A stretch of DNA of 64,000 bases from assembly GCA_040954595.2 (NCBI GenBank), contig CM082591.2, positions 1,587,745-1,651,744 on the forward strand, written 5' to 3'. This document shows positions 11,301 to 21,200 of this stretch, one piece after another; positions within the stretch are counted from its first letter, which is position 1, and every line of letters starts with the position of its first letter. Under the pieces are notes generated by a model, which was given only the letters and a program-made list of their open reading frames with translations, was not told the DNA's origin and searched no databases. A program made the translations under genes and the position numbers. Origin of the DNA: Balanoglossus misakiensis (taxonomy: Eukaryota; Animalia; Hemichordata).

Positions 11301-14196
11301 TTTTCATCCAGTTGGACGTGGATTGCAATTTTTGTGTCAGCTGAAGATAGGAGAAAGAACGTGCTTTAGCTCTTGAAATCAACACTGTATGTTTTGTAGG
11401 ATTTTGCTGCTTTAGTACTTACTCCCAACCACTCCACTCGATTTTACTAATATCTGTAGTCACTTAAAATTAATTACTTTAGAAATGAACAGGTTTGTAA
11501 ATGGTGATTTGCAGATAATGAGAAATTGTAGGCACAACAGAACTCAGTTTACTTTTTAGAAATAAGATGGTATCTCAGTGATGCATGCAATTGTCAGTGC
11601 AGGTTTCACTATTTGACCAAATTTACTCTTGTAGTTGAAAAATAAAGCAACAATTACCAGTATGTATCATTAACTAGACACAGGATATAATTTACTAAAA
11701 GTGTACACTGTACATACCTGTTACATTTTGTCTGTCCTTTGAAGTCAACAAACTGGTGAATTTGGCGTAACACTTGTTGACATCTTCACACTCCATGAAA
11801 GCCTTCTTCAGCTCCTTAGCTTCTTCAAAAGCTAACCTGGTCTTCTGGACACTCCATATTATCTTCTCTGAAATCTTATCAGATGAGTGTGACACTACAC
11901 ATTTGTCTGCGTGGTATGGAAAGTATTTCTTGACTAACTTTCCAAGCTGGGAATATTCATCAGGATAGGTTGGTAGTCCAACTGCTATAGATTCTAAACC
12001 GCTATATGGATAGTCCTTGTAGACAGAGACAGGAAGACAACTGTGAGATTGATGCACTGATATCATTAAGGTCTTTTCTGAGTAATCTGGGTGAGGATAT
12101 GCCATTACATGATTGCTGTTCATCTGCTGTAGAATATGCTTCAGTTCAGCCTCACCTGCTCCCCGTATTGACCAATTCAGAAGTTTGTTGTGAAAGTCTT
12201 TCACCGTGTTTGCTGCACTTCCAATAGCAGCTGCTATTGTCTCACATCTGTCCAAGGCTTCTTGTGTATCAATCTGCCCGTATGTCAGTATGCTGTGAGT
12301 AGTCATTCCATCTAGGAACGTTGGGTCTTTTCTGAAAAAGACTTCAGCAGGTCTGGGAAAAATCTCTTCATGAGGGATCATGTGTAGTTCCCTGCCATCA
12401 AAGGTAGCCCGGTATTCGTTCTGGAAATGCTCATACATGCTTGGACCAATTGAAAATATGATATCAGCTTTACTGGCCAGCTTCAGCATCATTTCACTTA
12501 ACTTTCCTTTTGGTTGTTTCAACCGACAGTTGCGTTCTTCATAGGCATGGTTGATCATCACTAGTTCTGCATCAGGAAACAATTTTTTTCTGATATTTGC
12601 AGCAGCGAATCCAGTCCTCGGAGCATAACCAACAACATACTTGATGTTTTGTAGCTGTCTGAGGTGAGGGTAGTAGATTTCATGATTCATCAACCACTTA
12701 AGTTCTGGCTTGTCTTCCTCTGGTTCAACCCCTTCCCTTTTTTGTGCTGGAATCAATGTAACCCGACACTTGGCAGCATCTGCCTTCTGATCATCACTGA
12801 CTTTGACACCAACCAGAGTGGAGTAAGCTCTTCCTTCTTTGGTTTTCCTTTTACAGAAATCTTGTACAAGAATTCTGTGAAACCCAGTCAAGCCACAATC
12901 TTCTTTGTTCCATTCATTATACACAAACAGTGCCCCAGGAGGTGGTTCAGGAAGATGGGGTTGATGAAGTTTGGCTTCAGGGAAGAGACTTTCATGGATT
13001 GCTTTGGCTGCATTGTTTGTCTTTGGAGAATATCCGACTACATGTTGGATGTTTTTCAGTTTCTTCAGTCCTGGGAAGTAGACCCAATGGTTGAAGAGCC
13101 AGTGTTCTCCAGGTGGGTCTTTCTTTGGATCCAACCACTTGTTTCTTTTCGCTGGGATCAAAGTAGCATCAAAACTTTCTGCATCTTTCTTTTGTTCTTC
13201 ACTCACTTTAACTTCAAGGGTAGTACAGTGGAGTTCAGAAACTTTATCAGACTTAATCTTTTCACGGAACTCATTGACAAGCATATGACTTGGTTTTGTA
13301 ATCTTCCCTTCTGAGGTTGTGTCCCAGGTTGGTAGTAGCAGTAACGCTGCAGCTGGTGGTTCAGGAAGTGAGAGTTGGTGAAGTTTGGCTTCAGGGAAGA
13401 GACTTTTATGAATTGCCACTGCAGCATTTTTTGTGTTTGGAGAGATTCCCACTACATGCTTGATGTTTAGCAGTCCCTTCAAGTCTGGGAAGTATGTACC
13501 ATGGTTAACAAGCCAGTGTATTCCAGGGGGGTCTTCAAGAGGATCCATCCTCTCGTCTCTTATAGCTGGGATCAAAGTAACATCAAATTTCTCTCCATCT
13601 TTCCTTTGTTCTTCACTCACAACAACATCAAGTGTAGTACAGTAGGATTGAGAAACTTTCTCTGACTTCAGGGTTTCTTCTCTAAATTTTGTGACAAGCT
13701 GGTGAGTTGGTGTTGTTGTCTGATCTTCTGATTCTGTCTGCCATGTTTGCATGACCATTAATGCTGCCACAGGTGGTGGGTCAGGAAGACTGAGTTGATG
13801 AAGTTTGGCTTCTGGGAAGAGACTTTCATGAATTGCTTTGGCTGCATTGTGTGTCTGTGGAGAATATCCGACAACATGTTGGATGTTTTTCAGGTCCTTC
13901 AGGTCTGGGTAGTAGACCAAATGGTTGAAGAACCAGTGATCTCCAGGTGGATCTTTCTTTGGATCCAACCACTTGTTTCTTTTGGCTGGAATCAAAGTGA
14001 CATTCACACTCTTTGCATCTTTCTTTTGTTCTTCACTCACTTCAACTTCAAGGGTAGTACAGTGGAGTTCAGTAACGTTCTCAGACTGGAGTGTGTTTTC
14101 TTGGAGATGTTTGATTATAGCTTGAGTTGGTTGGGAGGTCTTTGCCTTCTTGTCCCATGATTTCAATAAAACCAGTGCTGCAGATGGTTCGGACAT
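4539..14196 (-). CDS. Paralog 1: GT N-lobe repeats x3 + GT4-like + TRADD-N-like + coiled coil + NHL propeller protein, 1759 aa as spliced
   Basis: Exons (-): 14196-11718, 11340-10885, 10628-10552, 10317-10239, 9819-9556, 9321-8704, 8549-8244, 8114-8052, 7932-7870, 7750-7688, 5350-4539. All are GT-AG and phase-compatible, total 5280 nt, with no internal stop seen. The ATG (MSEPSAA) lies 10 nt after an acceptor at 14206. Confidence 0.8.
5400..6290. repeat. Degenerate ~490-bp two-copy tandem repeat rich in GTTGCCATGG(T/C)AAC-type motifs; also in units 2 and 3
   Basis: aatatgctagagttagtgtttt (~5407) vs aatgtgctaaagttagtgtttt (~5902); gttgccatggtaacacattc (5695) vs gttgtcatggtaacacatct (6184). 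Confidence 0.65.
6451..7365 (+). pseudogene. Antisense three-exon gene relic in the last intron (6451-6553, 6712-6816, 7294-7365; unit 2: 20199-20301, 20460-20564, 21071-21146)
   Basis: Plus-strand acceptors and donors (ttttccag|...cag|gtgagt; tttcag|...ttg|gtaagt; ttttacag|...aag|gttggt) join in phase 0. The frame carries stops; product not recognised. Confidence 0.45.
7620..8310 (-). repeat. 182-bp tandem exon+intron repeat carrying three 63-nt exons (GSKEISEDTKGAS(I/V)S(T/A)(E/K)(P/S)SKT)
   Basis: Exons 8114-8052, 7932-7870 and 7750-7688 are spaced exactly 182 bp apart. Each is bounded by ...cag| and |gtatg and is phase 1-1. Confidence 0.88.
8704..9321 (-). CDS. Coiled-coil exon of paralog 1
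   Basis: Heptad-like E/K/Q/L-rich sequence (LKELKQQLDGALTEKSKIQ...LESKLEQQEQTITELMSKLSKIQ) with an internal 54-nt tandem duplication. Confidence 0.8.
10885..11340 (-). CDS. TRADD-N-like domain exon of paralog 1
   Basis: ITSMETGSLQITANMRRLYNLYRLRGSC...SLAKALEPILMTDEM...LQLIASYDQARFDELELYF fits the pattern I-x-x-h-x-x-GSL-x-h...L-x-x-L-x-x-L...L-x-x-x-L-x-x-h-L-h-T that I recognise from invertebrate TRADD-N-like domains. Confidence 0.6.
11718..12933 (-). CDS. GT-B fold, family-4-like glycosyltransferase domain with degenerate catalytic motifs, paralog 1
   Basis: LFVYNEW...GLTGFHR (N-terminal strand and glycine loop), VVGYA, LVMINH, ADIIFSIGP, ILTYG, and GLESIAVGLP (cf. the GT4 motif EGFGLxxLEAxxxGxP). 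Confidence 0.72.
12934..14181 (-). repeat. Three in-frame ~417-bp (~139 aa) repeats homologous to the N-terminal lobe of the adjacent GT domain
   Basis: Each repeat has AAL-hhh-x-x-W...CTTL-x-V-x-VSEEQ-x-KD...TLIPA...DPPG-x-HW...NH...YxPxL...NI-x-HVVG-x-SP-x-T...AA-x-AIH-x-SLFPEAKL. This aligns with STLVGVKVSDDQKADA...TLIPA...WLMNH...YYPHL...NIKYVVGYAPRT...LFPDAEL in the GT domain. Confidence 0.9.
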
Positions 14197-15099
14197 AATT
14201 GCATTCCTGCTTGGAAGAAACATATTGTACCCTGGTATAGTTAATGAGAAGTTGACCAGTGATTGTGGTGATGATGTGATCATGTTTCATTTGTATCGAG
14301 AATGGACAAAATCAATGCAGTTGATTCAGTGGATGTAGGGTATACTGGTATGTGATGTGACACTGTATTAAAGACAGCTCCCTAAAGGTCAAATGAGGTC
14401 ACTGTCTGTGTAAAACCAGACCACAACATGTACAATTAAATATTAACCTTACTCTGCATGATAGTATCATGTCTACGTATTGATTGATAGAAAAGTTAGA
14501 GCTTAATAATCGTGATTGGCAAAAACAGATTGTCTCAATCTTACAGTTGTTGACAGAATTTCAAAGTAGAGTTAAAGTAGAATTTTATTTAGATAAAATT
14601 CGCTCTGTGATACCAACAAATAATTTGAAGGCATTGACTTTGAGGGGTAGACGACTGTTGAAATGATCACTTCTGTCATAATAAAACACTCTACCAACTT
14701 AGGTCTGTAAAAAAGTGGACAATTTTCTCACAAGACATGGCTTTGTTTCCAGGAATCCTACATTTATAAATGCACAATCTCCACAAATTGTCATGAAAGT
14801 TAGTGCTCACGAGGCAAAATCACGTCTTTGATCGAGTTTGGTTCTAGGCTTACATGAGTACTGCATGTGATTTTCATGTGATACCTGTTGTTGTACCTGT
14901 TACATATTGACACAGGACACTATCACCAGTTTGCTGTTTGTGATATCTCCAAAAGTGCATACATGTACTTAATATTTTGTATAACCTATAGTGTACCGCG
15001 TTGGTGAAAATAATTGTCCCTAGTTTTGATATTGATGAATCACAGACAATGTTCAGACCCATTAATTCAAATCATGAAAAGTGTAGTGACTTATTTTTT

Positions 15100-15840
15100 C
15101 GATAGAATTCTTTTTTAGGGTGTGTTTCTGTTATATGAAGAAGTCGTTGAGTTTGAGGACTGAAAGAATTTCAAGACAATAAATCACAAAGTTCTATACA
15201 TTTAACATACCCAGTAATGTTGTAACAGAGAGGTTGATTCCTTCAGAAGTTAGAGTTTCAATCCATTCGATCCATACAAAGATAGAGTAGCTCCCACTGG
15301 CAAAAAGAGGAGAAATCCCAGAGTTTGGTTCCGATCGAGTACCACAGAGCTGCTCAGTACTTGTCACATACCTGTGTTGTAGATGCGATATCAGAGTTTG
15401 GAATCTCTTTGCCACTACCCATTTACAATGTCATCTATATGTATTCAATATCTTCAGTTAAAACACAAGACAATAAATCATCAGCTCCAGTAGAACATAC
15501 ATCTGAAAATGGTTGTAAAAGAGTGGTTGATTCCTTCACAAGTTAGAGCTTCAATCCTTATACATGTGATATAAGTGGTATTAGTCACATGTAAATTTTT
15601 ATATAAGTATATTGGTATTCACAATATTCTGGTCATCTGTCAAGCCAAGAAAAGTTTGGAGGCTTAATTGTTAAGTTATTTCCAATAGAATTCTTTTTAA
15701 AGGTGTGTTTCTGTTACATGAAAATGAAAAAGGCGTGGCTTGAGTTTGAGGACTGAAAGAAAAAGACAGCAAATCACCAAGTTCAATGCAACATTACCTC
15801 TTAGTGTTGTAACAGAGAAGTTGATTCCTTCACAAGGTAG
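15100..15840. repeat. Degenerate non-coding direct repeats upstream of the first coding exon; rearranged with an extra copy in unit 3 (~38417-38590)
   Basis: Recurrent atagaattctttt...gtgtgtttctgtta...ttgagtttgaggactgaaagaa...gttgtaacagaga(g/a)gttgattccttca blocks at ~15100 and ~15685, with a partial copy at ~15465. Confidence 0.6.
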
Positions 15841-18233
15841 AAATCCTGTCCTGAGGCACACAACTGTATCAAGAGCTCTGCAGGTGACATGCTCACCGGG
15901 AAAAAAATGGCAGAAAAGTCGCTGAGTCAGATTTTTTGTACCTCGAGATACCAAGCACGCTTGTCATGTGATCTGATAAAATATCTGTGTTGTACATCTA
16001 GTCTGGACTCTATCAAAGTTCAACTGACATTGTCCATTTAGAACATGTCAGTAATTGAAGTTCAGTTATTAACTTTTACAATGTTTCACTGCAACTAACT
16101 AAAACTTCATCAAATGTTTTAAATTTTCTTTGGTTACTGGAACTTTGTCATCTTCTATTCAATTCAAATATATTTTGTCTGTTGAATTTCCATTTAATGT
16201 TTGTTTAGGACAGTTGGATATATGAGGTAAAGGTCAGATAAGGTCGATTGCAGATAAAGCCAGTTGTACATGGAATTCATATATTTTGGATCCTTGTCAG
16301 AGAATTATTCATTCAAGTTTCAAAGTAGTAATTTTCAACTTCATTGTTCATAACACATACACCTCAACCTTGCAGATGATTTGAGAAAATTATGTAAAAT
16401 TTGTAACAGACTTTTGTGGTCAGAAAATCTTCAAAAAAACAAAAGAAACAACAAACTATTTGCATGAGGGTGCAAAACAAAGAGTTTACTTACAGTGGCC
16501 CAACACAGTGGAGATCGAGACACTGTCAAAGTTCAATTGCCAGTCTCCATTGACAACATGTCAGCTATTCTAAAATTCTAAAAACCTTTGAAAAAAATGC
16601 CCTACAGCTTCATGAATTCAAGAGTTATTAGTACCTTATACTCAAGTTTTTGATATTCTTATTACGTACGTACGTACGTACCGGTATTCAAATCAAGGTG
16701 AATGGATAGCCAATAGTAAAATAGTATAATTCAGGGGCAATTTCTGGTTTAAACTCTCATAAACAATGTGGTTGTTACTTTGTATATATGGCAATCAATG
16801 TGTTTATGTCTTAATGTACAGCCACAAACAATAGTTGAGATATCAAACACACAGGTGTTTAATTTATCACATTTCCATTTATTATATGTAGATATATGTT
16901 GCAAACTGACTCGCATGCTAGTTACAAACGTCCAATTCCATCATAAATTCTTGCATTCAATAAAATGACTTAACAGTAAGTAACATGACATTCAGCCATT
17001 AAATTATTGATGAAATCAGGGTGCCATATACAGATGCACTTTCTCAGCTAAACATTCAACTACATTTAAAGTTTAAACAAATTAAAAAAAAGTAAATACA
17101 AACAGCATGTGATTATTTGCAATAAAAACTCAAAATAACACGATAAACAACTTTATACTATTTGTTTACTGACTATGTACATTTTAGTAACGAAAATATC
17201 AACTAAAAACTAAGAAAGCATGCTAGAGTATCATACAATCTGCGCAAGTCATCTTTGCTTGCCAAAGCTGCATGTTTCTATCGGGCAAAAGGACAGTGGC
17301 CTCAAAACATACAGGACGATCGAGGATGGCTGTATTAACGCTTTTCAGCCAGACAGCAAAATTTTACTCCTTGAAATCGACTAAATAAAATAAAAAACAA
17401 ACTTTCTGTACAAACTGCAAAGTTACTTTTCACGCTAGTCTCATCGAGCTCTAAGTGCGCCCTCTACACCATGATTAATCAAAAGTGGATATGCAAATCA
17501 TGGCGGTAAAACTTCGCCGTTCACATGGTTCACATCCCTTGTTCATATATATTTGAAATAACAACAATTTTGGACTACAGAATGGAAATATGTACAAATT
17601 ACAATACAATATATATCAGGCGATTTGCAGGTAAGTTTTTAGAATTATTTTGCACACATAAATTGATGAATCGCCTTCATCCTTTCGGATGCAATGGAGA
17701 TCTGATGGGAAATGGACCTCACATCATAACTTTCAGACCCCTCCATGTCAAAATTCATTAAAGAAATGAGTAAAAATATTCCAAAACGACTCAGATTTGG
17801 ATTGTTTATACTCGTTACACGAAGCGACTGTAAACTGAACTATTTTTCTTTCAAAAATGTCTTTGCAAATTTGAAAAAAGAACCCAATTTTTGATTGTTT
17901 ACATGCCAAGTTGACGGATTGCATTCAGTTTCAATCAGTCTTGTCTCAAAATCCCTCAGAATAAACTGCAAAAATTACTCAAAACACCCTCAGTTTATTT
18001 TGCCTCCACTCAGTAGATGTAGCGACTGCACCTACAATTAATTTCTGTTTTGAATTTTACTTCAAAATGTGGAAAATAACTCCAAAAATTGTGAAAGTGA
18101 CATTGGTTCAGTTTGTACTTCGTTGCCATGGCGTGCAATCAACAACAGTCGGAAATTCATCGACGCTGCCTCTAAATTTTCTCCCAAATTTCACTTTTTT
18201 GATGTCGTGTGGACATGCATTTCATGGTGATGT

Positions 18234-21200
18234 TTATGTCTGCTTGTAGAATACTTTGATTTGGTCGCTAACCCGCTCTCTAACAGCAATTCTGTCACCG
18301 CTGACTGCAAGGAACTGAGGGTATCTCACCTCACCTTCAAATAAGTGACAGATCCACCCCCCACCAAATCTCCATTTCACAATCCTATCATTCCACGAAT
18401 CACACACAAACAAATTATCGTCGTCATCGACGTCAATGCTAACTGGAAGCCACAGCTGACCAGGACCTGAACCTTTCACACCAAATTGATACAAGAATTT
18501 CAATTCAGCATCAAAACACTTGATGCAGTTATTGTGACTGTCAGACACCATGATGACATTCTTACTGTTGACCACCACAGAGTATGGGTAATGGAATTGT
18601 GTTTGGCCACGACCAAGATCACCAACCTCTGCAACACACTGACCATCTTGGGTGTACTTGAGTAGCCGATGACCTTCGAGCTCAGTGACCAAAACAAATC
18701 CATTCAGTAGAGCGATGCCCCTGCCAGTGACACCTTCAGGTAGAGTAATTATTCTAAGAATTTTATTGTTTTGATCACAAACAACAATTTGAGAATTTCC
18801 ATTATCACTTATGAAGTAGATGTTGTCATGGGAGACAGCTACAACCTCTGGCTGGAATGGCTTTGCAAACTGACCATCAAAACTTCCCAAGACTTTGTCA
18901 CAGGTGTAATCTTGATTCAGTATCTGTACAACCCTGTTGCCTGAGTCACACACCACCAGTTTGTCAGCATGGAACACCATACCTCTCGGTTCTTTAAACT
19001 TTCGCCCTGGCTTTGGACTTTGGCCATCCAGTGTCCTCACTGACCAGTGACCTGTTAGGTGAAACAAAGGTCAAAGGTCAAACATGCTATATTGAAATGC
19101 ATTAGGAATATGCTAGAGTTAGTGTTTTATTGTTCATTTTAACAAGAGAAAACATATTACAAAATAAACGAATCATTGCTATGACAACTGAACTACTAAG
19201 GGGTAGTTTTTCTACACATGTTTACAGTGACAAATAACCATGGCAACCAGAGTAACCATGAGTTTCTTGAACTATTTTTTTTTCTCTGCAATATAGCTAG
19301 GAGGAAATTTACTTTGTCTCTTTTTGACAGCTTTACTATAATATACATGAATGACTATCTTATTTAACCATTCAATAGATATACTATTGTTGATGTTGCC
19401 ATGGTAACACATTCAAAGAAATCAGTTCAAAAATAATCTTTTACTTGTAACTTTTGACTCGGTAGACATTTCATGACAATTCTTGAACTGAGTTTCAGGG
19501 ATAATTCTTTGGTCCATTATTTTTAGGAAAAAATGTATGATGGTAGCATTATTCACTGGTAACCATGACAACTGAACCTTAATGTATTTTGTAAAACATT
19601 GGCAATGTGCTAAAGTTAGTGTTTTACTTTAACTTTAAACCTTTTTTTACAAATTTTACTTTTTTTGCAAAAGTTATTGCCATGATATATTTCTGCCAAA
19701 TTACTTTATACATACACATTTTCCAATACCAAGTAACCATGGAAACTGGACAAAATGTCAATATCAGTTGCTAATTCTATTTTTTATAACAAGTAACAGA
19801 AATATTTATTTAGAGTCTTTGTAACCCATGAAAAATGTTCCTATTCAACTGCTCAATAAATTTAGTGACAGTATTGTTGTCATGGTAACACATCTTAACA
19901 GATCAGTACAGGAATAATCTTTGCCTTGTAATTTTGGAATTAGTAGGTCTTACATAAAAATTCTTCAACAATGTCTCAAGGATCATTGCCTACCTTATAC
20001 TTGTAGCTTTTCAGTGCCAAGAAACCAGGGCAACAAGACAAACATCAATTTCTGAAACTATTTCTATTGCTTGGCAATATAAAGTAAAAAGCTATCCTAT
20101 CTGTCATTTTATTGACAGACTATTATAATACAAAGTATTTCTAACTTTATGTACTATCTGTAATGTTGTTGTGCCAAAGATTTTGTTTCTTTTCCCAGCC
20201 AACCAGAGATGGTCTGCTTTTCAATCAGTAATTGTCATATTGGTGAACAGAGAAGAATTATCTACTCCTTAGCTGAGAGGGCTTGTACTTTCTTTGACCA
20301 GGTGAATATTTTTGTGAATAAACCCTTGAGAAAATTATTGGTGTAAACCTTTCTAACTTTAGAGAATTTATTGGAAAGTAAAATGCATGGTTGGAAATTT
20401 AGTGATATATTTTTTTGCAAGAGTACACCCTAACCACTTATATAGTGACATCATTTCAGATTATCTGAGAGATGGAAAACCTGCAGTTACCTAGGATGAG
20501 TCATGATAAATAGTCTGTTTCAACACCACTGGCTGTTCCAGATTGTCACTTGGATAAAAAATTGGTAAGTTCCTAATTTGAATTACCTTTTTTGATTATT
20601 TATAATAACAAAATGAAAGTTTCTTGATATTGTGGAATATCTACATGATGTGACAATTCCAAAGTCAAATGAAGAAATTGAATGATTGTAGCTAGTGGTT
20701 GAAATTGTAGAAATTGAGCATTTTCACCCTGGAACAGAGTTGTTGTATTCTGGCCATTGTAACAAAGAGTGAACCTTTCACCCCTTTTTCTTGTGTATGG
20801 ATTCAACCATACCAATCAAAACAAAAGGCTGAACCACTGTTCTATTTTATATAATTGCTTTATGCTGTCTGTGTCTGCCAATAATCAGCCTACTTGTACA
20901 TTGGACATTTACACACAAAATGGGTCATAACTTTTCTTTTTTCTATTCTGGCACACCTTGATGCTCCATCAAATGCTCTTGCAGAATTGATCATAGCAAA
21001 ATTAAACTAATCCACATGATATTGATATTGAGTCAATATCTGCAGGCATTTTTATTTTTTTATTTTACAGACAAAAGTATTCATCAATCACCAGACAGCC
21101 AATCTATTCTTGCAAAGAATACAAAGTTGAATTCAAAGATGACAAGGTTGGTATCTTCTGACGTTACTTTATTTATGTTTGATCAAGTGAAAAGTTTCTT

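Noticed and set aside
12664-14160. Plus-strand ORFs of 216 and 121 aa, and equivalents in units 2 and 3
   Set aside because: These are antisense shadows of the GT exon. Their lengths and stops differ among paralogs while the minus frame stays intact.
14197-14283. N-terminal extension MITSSPQSLVNFSLTIPGYNMFLPSRNAI of the 862/865/722-aa ORFs
   Set aside because: It overlaps a pyrimidine tract and acceptor (tttcttccaagcag|) at 14206, so it is probably intronic. The start at MSEPS is preferred, though this needs transcript data.
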